Source of the DNA: an uncultured Spirochaetota bacterium
Lineage (GTDB): Bacteria; Spirochaetota; Brevinematia; Brevinematales; JAOACQ01
DNA length: 64,000 nucleotides
Reading direction: 5' to 3'
Assembly: GCA_963783575.1 (NCBI GenBank)
Contig: CAWAOD010000018.1
Location: forward strand, 1 to 64,000
Both the position numbers and the translations under genes were made by a program. The notes beneath the pieces were generated by a model that saw nothing but the letters and a program-made list of their open reading frames with translations, was not told where the DNA came from and made no database searches. Position 1 is the stretch's first letter, and each line of letters starts with the position of its first letter. Of the stretch, positions 30,981 through 40,565 are shown one piece after another.

Positions 30981-32063
30981 ATGGAAGCTCAGGTTTTATT
31001 TTCAGACCTCAGTTATGATACATACGATCCGGGCGTTACACTGCCGGCAAGATTCAGCAGGCTTATCGATAAATTAGATATGGCTAAAACCGTAAAGGAT
31101 AAATGGACGGCAGTAAAGATGCATATGGGACGCGGAATTGGATATTCCACCATTCCTCCGCTTTTTGTAAAAATACTTGTGGATAAACTTAAAGGATACG
31201 GGGCGAAGGTCTTCATCACCGACCAGGATGTCAGCGGGGCGGACAGCCGGGGGTACACGGAGAGTTATTTCGGAGTACCTGTCGTCTATGCCTGCGGGGT
31301 TATGGGAAAGTACTTTTATGAAAAGGCGGTGGACTTCAAAACATTCAAGAACCTTGATATCGCGGGAAATATCCATGACGCTGAAGTAATGATCGATTTA
31401 TCACATGTCAAGGGTCATGGCGCGTGCGGATACGGAGGGGCTTGTAAAAACATCGCGATGGGCTGCGTTACGGACCGGACAAGACAGCAGATACACAATC
31501 TCGAAGGCGGCCTGAAATGGGATAAAGACCTCTGCACTCACTGCGAGCTCTGCGTCACGAACTGCAATCACCACGCCAACCGCTTTAACTCAGCGAACGA
31601 ATACGAGATTTTTTTCCACCACTGCACTTTCTGCCAGCATTGCCTGAAGACCTGCCCGGCAGGAGCTATTACGCTTGATAAGGACAGTTTTGAGGATTTC
31701 CAGACAGGTATGGCTCTCTCTACGGAAGAGGTATTGAAGACATTTAAAAAAGATAGGGTTTTTTATATCAATATTCTATTGAATATTACTCCCCTCTGCG
31801 ACTGCTGGGGTTTTACCAACCCGGCTCTTGTCCCCGACATAGGCATTATGGCTTCCCGCGACCTTGTGGCTATTGAGAGGGCAAGCCTTGACACTATCAA
31901 GATTGAGAACCTGATCACTTCAGCACTTCCCCAGGGAGCTGAATTAAAGGAAACAGGGCATCTTTTTGAAAGGCTTCATGGCAAGAATCCTTTTATTCAG
32001 TTGAATGAGCTTGAGAAAAGGAATCTCGGAACACAAAAATATGTCATCGAGAAAATTCAGTAA
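30981..32063 (+). CDS. DUF362 family iron-sulfur protein with ferredoxin-like insert
   Basis: KMHMG, SHVKGHGACGYGGACKNIAMG, CTHCELCVTNC, CTFCQHCLKTCP, TPLCDC, PDIGIMAS. Confidence 0.9.
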   Translation: MEAQVLFSDLSYDTYDPGVTLPARFSRLIDKLDMAKTVKDKWTAVKMHMGRGIGYSTIPPLFVKILVDKLKGYGAKVFITDQDVSGADSRGYTESYFGVPVVYACGVMGKYFYEKAVDFKTFKNLDIAGNIHDAEVMIDLSHVKGHGACGYGGACKNIAMGCVTDRTRQQIHNLEGGLKWDKDLCTHCELCVTNCNHHANRFNSANEYEIFFHHCTFCQHCLKTCPAGAITLDKDSFEDFQTGMALSTEEVLKTFKKDRVFYINILLNITPLCDCWGFTNPALVPDIGIMASRDLVAIERASLDTIKIENLITSALPQGAELKETGHLFERLHGKNPFIQLNELEKRNLGTQKYVIEKIQ

Positions 32064-32073
32064 GGCGGTAATT

Positions 32074-32616
32074 ATGTATTTCGAAACCGAAGGACTGGTT
32101 AATACTGAAAAAACCGTGGAACTTGCGAAACAAGCCACTGTTGAAAGAAATATCTCACATATTGTCGTAGCGACTTGCTCAGGAAAAACCGCGATGCTTT
32201 TCAAGGGTATCAAAAATAAAGATATTGTCTGCGTTACACATGCGAACGGATTTGCGGAAAATGGCAGGAATGAAATGCCGGAAAATGTACGAAGAGAATT
32301 GCTTGACGCCGGTTTTAAAGTTTTTACTGCAACGCATGTTCTAAGCGGAGCGGAAAGAGGCCTCAGCAAAAAATTCGGTGGAATATATCCTGTTGAGATC
32401 ATTGCGAATGCTCTTAGAATGTTCGGGCAGGGGGTTAAAGTCTGCGTAGAGATAGCGGTAATGGCCCTCGACGCCGGTCTTATCCCGTACAATGAACCGG
32501 TCATAGCCGTTGGCGGTTCCCGGGAAGGAGCCGATACCTGCGTTATAATCAAACCGTCGCATGCAAACAGCATCCTGGAAACAAGGATCCTTGAGATTAT
32601 CTGCAAACCTCTATAA
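32074..32616 (+). CDS. Pyruvate kinase C-terminal-like (MTH1675/COG1751) protein
   Basis: YFETEGLVNT, VVATCSGKTA, HVLSGAER, LRMFGQGVKVCVEIAVMALDAG. Confidence 0.88.
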   Translation: MYFETEGLVNTEKTVELAKQATVERNISHIVVATCSGKTAMLFKGIKNKDIVCVTHANGFAENGRNEMPENVRRELLDAGFKVFTATHVLSGAERGLSKKFGGIYPVEIIANALRMFGQGVKVCVEIAVMALDAGLIPYNEPVIAVGGSREGADTCVIIKPSHANSILETRILEIICKPL

Positions 32617-32671
32617 TACAAACTGCTGAAGCATAATGATGGGTTTTATATTATCTCAAATGTATTATTGG

Positions 32672-33298
32672 TTAATTATTAAAGGTCAAGCGGCACGCTT
32701 GTTTCGACATCCTGTAAAAAGAAAATAGTCTGCTCTTTTTTTCCCATTTTTGAATAAACCCATTATTTTTATAAAATAATACAGCTTTTTCATTATCGGT
32801 TTCAACATCGAGTACCAGATTACATCAGTCTGAATTCACAACTTCTTTTTCAGCTTCCTTAATGAGTAGTTTTCCCGCGCCCATGCTCCTGTATTCAGGA
32901 TCAACGGCGATATTGCTCAGGTAGTATTCTTTCTTATTAATCCGTCCAACCTGTTCATGTGCGATCAGGAGCCTGAATATTTTTCCTATAATTTTTAATT
33001 TCATGTGTTGTAAAAGTAAAAAAGCCGTATTAATTTCTTCTTTCTTTTTTATTTCAAAAGAATACCCAAGAATCATGCCAATAGTTTTTCCGTTTGATTC
33101 CAAAAAAGACACATGATCAAAACTGAATAAATTTCCCGGAAGACTGAACATTTTTTCAATTAAATTAACTGTACCAGTCCCGAATACATAAGGAAGAAAT
33201 TCAGGAGCCGAATAAATAATCAGGCGGCTGAAATCCCTGGCTTCTTCCGGTTGGGCTCTCCGAATTAAACAGTTATTAATAAAATCCTCTGTAATCAT
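32672..33298 (-). pseudogene. GNAT acetyltransferase interrupted by an in-frame TGA at 32825-32827
   Basis: YLSNIAVDPEYRSMGAGKLLI (motif A); same frame continues after TGA as CNLVLDVETDNEKAVLFYKNNGF (motif B) to TAA at 32672. Confidence 0.75.
32684..32703. repeat. Dispersed palindrome copy 2
   Basis: ggtcaagcggcacgcttgtt. Confidence 0.7.
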
Positions 33299-33299
33299 T

Positions 33300-34859
33300 T
33301 TACATAAACTCTTCATCCTCGCCGAAAACCTGGGCCGAAAACCGGAAGATCTCAGTATTTTTGTCCAGATATTTATCCGGGGAAAGGCCAGCTTTACCGC
33401 AAAGCTCCTCAAGGTACGTTTTCAAATCCCAGCCCCATTCAAGCGGTACCTGGGGAAGAAAAACTCCGGAATGATAGCCGTTCAATAAAAACAGCCCATC
33501 CCTGCCAATCTTAATTTCATCAAGGGATTTTATCTTAACAAGTGGAGTCATAATGGAAATTTCTATTTTTATGGAATCCAGTTCATCCTTCGTTACACTG
33601 GAAAACCTGGGGTCCTTTGAGCATGAATTAATTGTGTTTGATATTACAGATTGAAAAAGAGGGCCCATTCCCTCAATAAAGCCTATACAGCCCCTTAACT
33701 CATCGTTTTTTTTAATTGTCACAAAAACGCCCAGGTTCTGCTTGAGGTTATCGCTGATTTTGAACGATTTTAGATCATTGATTGTGAATTTTGAGATGGA
33801 ATTACCGATAAATTCCGTCATAACATATCTTGATAGCTTTAACAAAGTTTTTTCCTCATCTTCATTTATAAGTTTATTATCAATAACGGGTTTTGGTATG
33901 CTTTTTTCAGATATTTGTTTTATATCTCCAAATAAAATAGCAGCATAACTGACACTCTGATCAAAATCCCCGGTCAGTTCCCCACTAGTTGTATATTTCA
34001 GCAGGACACCGTTATTGGTGAATTTACAGGCATTAAGAATCTTGAGCATTAGGGCGATCGGATTGGCTCCGCAAATCGTAGCCCCGGATTCTTTAACATA
34101 ATTAAGAAATCCCGCCGAATCAAGCCTCGTGATATAATCGACAGCCTTTAAATCAATCGCCCTGATGCCTTCACGTTTGTTCAAACTGCCGAAATCCGGA
34201 GTATAACCGAAAGAACTGCCGTAATGAGTAAAATCCGAACTGGCTATAATAACGGTTTTATCATCAGAGATTTTTGATATCGCTGCGGCTGTTTTTTCCA
34301 TATCCTTTGCCGACATATCCCCGACAATAATGGGAACAAGCCTGGCGGATGGAGCCGCTTTCAATAGAAAAGGTATCTGGACTTCATCGCTATGTTCGCG
34401 GGTTGATGCGGTTTCATTAACTACTATTGGAAATATTTCTTTTTTCAGGGCGTCTATGGCCGTTTTATCCGTAAAATAGACCCCTGAAGGGGTCTGGTAG
34501 GGCTTTTCATTGATTACAACCCCGTTCAGATAGGCATAGTGAGATGTCGCAAGAAGAATTATCCTCGAAACCGGCTTTCCCATCAAAGATGAATACGCGT
34601 AAGCCGCTGTTTCGCCGCTATATATATAACCAGCATGAGGAACAATAATTGCTTTCGGTACGGCATTGATTCCCAGTTTAACTCTGTTGAAATAATGATC
34701 AAGCATTTTTTTTATTGATTCTTTATTGGCCGGATAAAAAGAACCCGCATATCTTGGCTGGCGGTAATCCCCCCTGGAACTAAAATCTGCTGAAGTGCCG
34801 CCGTCAAAAATTGAAAGTGTAATTATTATTCCAAAACCGTTATTATTAAAAATATTCAT
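33300..34859 (-). CDS. AmmeMemoRadiSam protein B (MEMO1) - protein A (AMMECR1) fusion
   Basis: AGSFYP, PHAGYIYSG, EHSDEVQIPFL, SSDFTHYG, TICG; then GVFVTIKK..LRGCIG, DPRF, GVFLPQVP, LCGKAG. Confidence 0.92.
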   Translation of the reverse strand: MNIFNNNGFGIIITLSIFDGGTSADFSSRGDYRQPRYAGSFYPANKESIKKMLDHYFNRVKLGINAVPKAIIVPHAGYIYSGETAAYAYSSLMGKPVSRIILLATSHYAYLNGVVINEKPYQTPSGVYFTDKTAIDALKKEIFPIVVNETASTREHSDEVQIPFLLKAAPSARLVPIIVGDMSAKDMEKTAAAISKISDDKTVIIASSDFTHYGSSFGYTPDFGSLNKREGIRAIDLKAVDYITRLDSAGFLNYVKESGATICGANPIALMLKILNACKFTNNGVLLKYTTSGELTGDFDQSVSYAAILFGDIKQISEKSIPKPVIDNKLINEDEEKTLLKLSRYVMTEFIGNSISKFTINDLKSFKISDNLKQNLGVFVTIKKNDELRGCIGFIEGMGPLFQSVISNTINSCSKDPRFSSVTKDELDSIKIEISIMTPLVKIKSLDEIKIGRDGLFLLNGYHSGVFLPQVPLEWGWDLKTYLEELCGKAGLSPDKYLDKNTEIFRFSAQVFGEDEEFM

Positions 34860-34910
34860 TTCAGCCTCCCTTTTTATTTTTTCGAAGGCGGATATAAAAT
34901 ACAGGTTTTG

Positions 34911-36701
34911 TCATTTTCTCTTGAATCTCATGCCAAGTAAAGTCATATTATCTTTATTGAGGGATACTGTATCTCCTGTACCCCAGATTACCGCTGAATT
35001 ATCATCCACCGGTTTTAACAAAGCAATGTCCCTTCCGAATAATTTTAATTTAACCCAGCCATCTTCAATACTGAAATTTATAGTCATATTTTTTGGAAAT
35101 ATCAAATCAGGCAATTTATATTTCCCCTCCTGAACTATCCAATTTCCAGTATAATTTGAATATTCGGCAGGTATATCGCTTTTCTCGGATTTTTCCATGA
35201 TAACCTTTAGAGGTAAGTTACCGAATATTAAAGTACCTTCAATAAAATTATTCCCCAATGAATTCGTATAAAATTCAAGGTAAATTTTTTTTGCTTCAAT
35301 AAATCCAGCCGGATCAATTTCACCAAAAAGATTTACAATAGGAAAGAATTCATTCCCTATTCCATGCCTGAGAATAAATTCCTGTCCAAAGAGACTGCCA
35401 TATAATCCGCCATTCTTCTGATAAACATCAAAAGCTAAAAAATTCATGGAACAATATTTACCTATTAAACTTTGAATTGAATCTGTAGCAGAGGTATTCA
35501 ACGAATTGCTCAAATTTTCATCCTCAATAACCGGTGAACCTTTTTTCGCCTCAAGAAAGTATTTAAAAGCGGTTGATACTATGTAATATTTAGCCAATCC
35601 GGCATAAAGAGAATTTCCTAAAACAAAAATGCCGATTTTTCTATCTGGAGAAAAAGCGATTTCGCATGCATATCCGGGTAAATCACCCGAACGGGAAATA
35701 ATATTTTCCCCTGAATATTTATACATATCTAAAGTCCAGCCCATACAGAAATCCTGCTTCTGCCCGTAATAATTATCAATAAGCAAATTTGAGGACATCA
35801 TCTCAGAAAAATCATTATTCCCGATGCCGTATTTCGAATTTGTTTCTTTATTATCGACAAGAAATTTTAAATACTCGGTCATATCCGAAAAAGTCGAGAA
35901 TAAATTTAAAGACGGTTTGTCCCTTATATCAATATTGGAAACCGTTTGATTCCCCATATAACCGGTTGAAAGAAAGCGATTTACATTTAAATTGGTAATA
36001 AATGAACTGTTTAAAAGATTAAGTGGTTTAAGGATTTCTTCCTGCATATAAACATTAAAATTTTTCTTTGTTATCCTTTCAATGATTATTCCAAGAAGAG
36101 TATAATCCAGTGATGTATATTGAGACGCCGAACCTGGCTGAAAATTCAAATACTCATTAGCCAGAATAGATAAAATCTCCTGGTTTTTTTGTACTTTATC
36201 CGACATCCAGCCAGGCCAGTAATTCGCTGTAATGCCGGAATGGTGGCACAATAGATCCAAAACCGTTATAGATTTTGTAGTTAAAAACCTGGATTTGATT
36301 GTAAATTCAGGGATGTATTTGGAAACGGGAGCATTAATGTCAATTTTCCCGGCTCTTACAAGTTTTACTACCGCGAGGGCAGTCAGGGTTTCGGAAACGG
36401 CGCCGATCCGAAAGAATGTATTAACGGTTACAAATGACTTAAATTTCCTGTCGGAATACCCATAACATTTATTAAAAATTATATCGCCCTCATCTACAAC
36501 CGAGACTGCCAGTCCATCGAGTTTATATTTATCAATTGCCGTTTTCACAGTATTATTAAGGAATGCAATTGCTGTACTGTATTTATACCTTTTTGAAACA
36601 ACAACAGGAGGCTGTTTGACAGGTGCGGACGGGCAGCCGGTAATTATTATTATGCTGAAAAGAATTATTAATCCGGATTTAGCGAACCTTAATATCTGCA
36701 T
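34911..36701 (-). CDS. Beta-lactamase/serine-hydrolase family lipoprotein with a degenerate active site
   Basis: Lipobox IITGC; ITVLDLLCHHSG, ILKPLNL; SxxK position reads FRIGAVSE. Confidence 0.85.
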   Translation of the reverse strand: MQILRFAKSGLIILFSIIIITGCPSAPVKQPPVVVSKRYKYSTAIAFLNNTVKTAIDKYKLDGLAVSVVDEGDIIFNKCYGYSDRKFKSFVTVNTFFRIGAVSETLTALAVVKLVRAGKIDINAPVSKYIPEFTIKSRFLTTKSITVLDLLCHHSGITANYWPGWMSDKVQKNQEILSILANEYLNFQPGSASQYTSLDYTLLGIIIERITKKNFNVYMQEEILKPLNLLNSSFITNLNVNRFLSTGYMGNQTVSNIDIRDKPSLNLFSTFSDMTEYLKFLVDNKETNSKYGIGNNDFSEMMSSNLLIDNYYGQKQDFCMGWTLDMYKYSGENIISRSGDLPGYACEIAFSPDRKIGIFVLGNSLYAGLAKYYIVSTAFKYFLEAKKGSPVIEDENLSNSLNTSATDSIQSLIGKYCSMNFLAFDVYQKNGGLYGSLFGQEFILRHGIGNEFFPIVNLFGEIDPAGFIEAKKIYLEFYTNSLGNNFIEGTLIFGNLPLKVIMEKSEKSDIPAEYSNYTGNWIVQEGKYKLPDLIFPKNMTINFSIEDGWVKLKLFGRDIALLKPVDDNSAVIWGTGDTVSLNKDNMTLLGMRFKRK

Positions 36702-36794
36702 TAAAATCCTCTGACATATTTCTCATTTATAATATTAGTTAAAGATCGTGAATATTTCAAAATTAATGTTACAATTATTTTGATTAGTGAATGT

Positions 36795-38255
36795 TTATGA
36801 ACCGATAGTTACTTTAACTTTTATACCAGTGCCCACGGGCATCAATATAAAACCTTCTTTGGCATTGAACTTATCCCAGTCTTTTCCGTTGATTTCAACT
36901 TTTTTGATAACAACACCGGGACCTTCCACAGGAATTACAAAATGTTTCTCATTCTCATGATCTGAAGACAGACTGAAAAAGAGTTCCGCATCCCGATGGT
37001 TGACATATAGATTCAGATAAAGATAATTATACAGGGCGTGTTCCATTGTATGATAAGCCGATTTATAAAGGTTCCCTTTATACACTTCATTCGGTCTTCC
37101 ATTCCTTAAAGTATTTGGATAACAATCTCCATATTTATGGTCAATTAAAAATTTATCCCAGAAATAGGCATTTTCCTCAAAATACTGTAAATAATTCTGA
37201 TTGGTGCTAAACCGGTAGAGATTAAGCATTATAAAATCGCCTTCACACTGAGTCCACCAGTCTTTCACATCTCTTACAGATTCAGGGTTGTTTTCCCGGA
37301 ACTGGAATAACCATCCGAAATTTTTATTATCCCAATTATATTTTATTTGAGCTTCGGCAATTTTATCGGCCGCATCGGAATATTTCCGGTCACCGGTCAG
37401 CCAGTATGTTCTCATAAGAACCCAGGCAGTCTTCAGGTTATGCCCAACCCATAGCCAGGGATCGATTGATTTCCAGCCGCCGCTGAATGACTCCCCGACA
37501 AATCCGGTATCCGGGTTTATCATATAATTTACAGCAGTATCGGCAATTTGGGTTAGATCTTTTAAAATGGCCGGATCTTTTACGGCCAAATAATAATAGA
37601 TCAGATAAGCCGAGCATGTATCGATCTCGGCATTGAAAGATTTCCTTTCATCAATTATGCTCCAGTCAGGACCGACTTCCGCAAAGTAACCTCCGTTTTT
37701 TTTATCCCAGGCTTTTGTCTGCATTAATTTATGAGTTTTTTCAACATAAGAGAGCGCATTTTTATTATGAGTGGCAAAATAGAAAATCACCGGTCCAAGA
37801 TTGCCGTAAGTTTCATCAAAAAGGTCTTTTGAAGTTATCAGAGGTTTGTTATTGGAATCTATATAATTATACCATCCTCCGTTTTGTTCGTCCCAGCCGT
37901 AATTGGTAAGATATTCCAGGCCGTTTTCAGCAAGCTCAAGGTATTTATCGTCACCGCTTAAAAGATAAGCAACGGTAAATCCATATACAGCCCTGGAAAG
38001 CATCCTCGGGTATTTACCCCTTTCATGGCCAATGGAACCGTCCCGGTTTATATCTGTAAAAAATCCGCCGTTTGTTTTATCGGCCGTTTTTTCCCAGATT
38101 GGTATAATATCATTTAAAGCCTGGTTTTTCCAGTAATTTGCCTCAAGATAAGGCTTGAAATCAATATCTTTCTTTTCAGACACGGTATTAAAACAGGAAG
38201 ACATAAAAAACGCCAAAGAAATACATATCAAACCATTGAAAAATATTTTTGTCAT
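36795..38255 (-). CDS. AGE/cellobiose 2-epimerase family lipoprotein
   Basis: Lipobox FFMSSC; DKTNGGFF, WDEQNGGW, WVGHNLK, KDWWTQCEG, KSAYHTME. Confidence 0.85.
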   Translation of the reverse strand: MTKIFFNGLICISLAFFMSSCFNTVSEKKDIDFKPYLEANYWKNQALNDIIPIWEKTADKTNGGFFTDINRDGSIGHERGKYPRMLSRAVYGFTVAYLLSGDDKYLELAENGLEYLTNYGWDEQNGGWYNYIDSNNKPLITSKDLFDETYGNLGPVIFYFATHNKNALSYVEKTHKLMQTKAWDKKNGGYFAEVGPDWSIIDERKSFNAEIDTCSAYLIYYYLAVKDPAILKDLTQIADTAVNYMINPDTGFVGESFSGGWKSIDPWLWVGHNLKTAWVLMRTYWLTGDRKYSDAADKIAEAQIKYNWDNKNFGWLFQFRENNPESVRDVKDWWTQCEGDFIMLNLYRFSTNQNYLQYFEENAYFWDKFLIDHKYGDCYPNTLRNGRPNEVYKGNLYKSAYHTMEHALYNYLYLNLYVNHRDAELFFSLSSDHENEKHFVIPVEGPGVVIKKVEINGKDWDKFNAKEGFILMPVGTGIKVKVTIGS

Positions 38256-38276
38256 TACCTTTACCTCCAAAAATTC

Positions 38277-39467
38277 CTATTCCAGGGCATAAACTGTGCC
38301 TCTTGTTGTTCCGAAATAAATAACTCCCTTATCAATAAAAGGAGACGATATAATTTGCCCATCCGCGCTGAAGCTGAACTTTATTTTCCCCGACTTCCTT
38401 TCCAGCGCATAAAGTTTACCGCTGCCTGGAGTTTCACTAGAAGCTTCACTGGTTCCAAAATAAACCAGGTTGCCGCTTATAACCGGTGATGAAAATATAT
38501 ATTCAAAATACAACGGTCTTTCCCATATTATTTTTCCGTTATCAGCATTTAAAGCGGCAAATTCCTTTGGATCGGCGAAACTTAAATACAAAACACCGTC
38601 AAATAACACCGGCGATGAAGTTACCCATCCCCTGATCATTTTAAATTCCCAGATTTGATTTCCTGTAATTGCGTCAAGTGAGTGGATACGCCAATCCATG
38701 CCTCCAAAGACTATATTATCACCAACAATAACTGGTGTTGTGTAGATTAAACTATAAGTGTCGAATGTCCAGACCTGTTTCCCGTTTTTTGAATTTAATG
38801 CATAAAATGTACCGTATGAATTACCGAAATAAACCATGTCATTCGCAATAACAGGTGTGCAGAAAATCCCGAATAATGCATTAATTCTCTTATGCACCGT
38901 TGAATACCGCCAGGACATTTTACCACTGTCTTCTTTAAGGCAATATAAAGAACCATCCGGACTGCCGAAATAAACTCTACCTGAATATACTACAGGAGAT
39001 GACACATATAGATACTTATAAAAATAATCGTAATTTATTTCCGGATTTACTGATCCGGTTTTAAATATCCAGATTAAATTCCCTGTTTTAGCATCCAGAG
39101 CATATAGATTTGAATCGCCGCTTAAGAAAAAAACCCGGTTTGACAATACTGCCGGAGTGGATGATATTTCCCCACCTGTTCTGCTCTTCCATATCAATTC
39201 GCCGTTGCCGGGATTCAGGCAATAAAGGCATCCGTCATCGCATCCGATATAAAGTCTTTCATCATAAATAACCGGGGAAGACTTTATAGAACCGCCGGCC
39301 TGAAAAGCCCAACGTAAACGATGTATGGTTTCAGGGCCGGATAAAAAAACCCTTGCCTTTGAGATTTGATAAGGAGAATTCTCAACTTCCCCTCCAAAAA
39401 TAAAAACTGAAATCATAACAAATCCAATCAATAAAACAAATCTGACCGGACTATCATTTTTCCACAT
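38277..39467 (-). CDS. Exported PQQ-like beta-propeller repeat protein
   Basis: Signal peptide; ~8 repeats of SSPV....VYFGS.DG.LYAL...G...W. Confidence 0.9.
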   Translation of the reverse strand: MWKNDSPVRFVLLIGFVMISVFIFGGEVENSPYQISKARVFLSGPETIHRLRWAFQAGGSIKSSPVIYDERLYIGCDDGCLYCLNPGNGELIWKSRTGGEISSTPAVLSNRVFFLSGDSNLYALDAKTGNLIWIFKTGSVNPEINYDYFYKYLYVSSPVVYSGRVYFGSPDGSLYCLKEDSGKMSWRYSTVHKRINALFGIFCTPVIANDMVYFGNSYGTFYALNSKNGKQVWTFDTYSLIYTTPVIVGDNIVFGGMDWRIHSLDAITGNQIWEFKMIRGWVTSSPVLFDGVLYLSFADPKEFAALNADNGKIIWERPLYFEYIFSSPVISGNLVYFGTSEASSETPGSGKLYALERKSGKIKFSFSADGQIISSPFIDKGVIYFGTTRGTVYALE

Positions 39468-39641
39468 TTCAATTCTCCTACGTGACCCCTGAATAATTTA
39501 TTGTTATTAATATTTATAAAATCCCGTTTCTATTGAATTACGGACGCCTGTTTCTGCGGAATTTGTTTATAATATTCTAGCAATAGTATGTTTGAATTAC
39601 AATAGTCCAATAAGCTCATTTTAATAAAATCCTATGAACTT

Positions 39642-40565
39642 TCAGATCATCATTTTATTCATAAGTTCTACACGGCTCTGGGCGCCAGTTTTCTTATAAA
39701 TATTGTAGATATGGTTTTTAACCGTGATGGATGAAATATAAAGCATTGAAGCTATTTGTTTATTTGAATATCCCTTAGCTAACAAACTGATCATCTCTCT
39801 TTCTCTTTCAGTAATCCCATATTTTTCAAGAAATGATTTAGTCGGGTGGATATCAACCGGCTGTTCTGATTTAAAATATAAAGATTTTCCCGCAATAATG
39901 ATGAAGATGAGGTTCATAGTAAAGTATAGAAAATTCAGAGAAGATATAGGCCCGAGAAAATATATCCGCTGAATGTCATTATTCCATAAAAACTCCAGGA
40001 TAAATAAAGGTATAAAAAATCCGGCAACTGTAAAGAATGATTTTAAAATGATTTTTTTTCCACTTTCTCTGATTTTTTTATAATTAATAATAGAAATCAA
40101 AAGCGAAAAGGATAATATTCCAATGAATAACCAGTTAACCGATTTAAAGCAGATAAGGCTTGCTCGCCAGAAATCAATCAGGGTTTCAGTAAAAGCCGCG
40201 GGGACAAAAGTTGAAACAATCGCAAGAACAGAAAATATGATAAAAATAATTTTCCTGAAATAAGTAAAATTTTTTTCAAGCAGATTGTAAACGATTAAAG
40301 GAATCAGGTAATATAAACCGGCATAAGAGCAATTATATAGCAAAATTCTGGAAATTTGATCAAAGGATGGAAATCTATTCATAAAATATACACGGAAATA
40401 TTCAAAATTTTCTAGGAATAAAAGCAATGTTAAATCAAATAAAAACAAAATATAATAAAGGAAAGTCCTATTTCTGAACCTTATATATGATATGACTGCC
40501 ATAAAAAGTGAAGCAAAACTTGTGGAGCAGGATAAAATATAACAGAAAAGTGTAAAATATCTCAT
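39642..40565 (-). CDS. Membrane-bound LuxR-family transcriptional regulator
   Basis: ~7 hydrophobic segments plus ITEREREMISLLAKGYSNKQIASMLYISSITVKNHIYNIYKKTG HTH. Confidence 0.92.
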   Translation of the reverse strand: MRYFTLFCYILSCSTSFASLFMAVISYIRFRNRTFLYYILFLFDLTLLLFLENFEYFRVYFMNRFPSFDQISRILLYNCSYAGLYYLIPLIVYNLLEKNFTYFRKIIFIIFSVLAIVSTFVPAAFTETLIDFWRASLICFKSVNWLFIGILSFSLLISIINYKKIRESGKKIILKSFFTVAGFFIPLFILEFLWNNDIQRIYFLGPISSLNFLYFTMNLIFIIIAGKSLYFKSEQPVDIHPTKSFLEKYGITEREREMISLLAKGYSNKQIASMLYISSITVKNHIYNIYKKTGAQSRVELMNKMMI

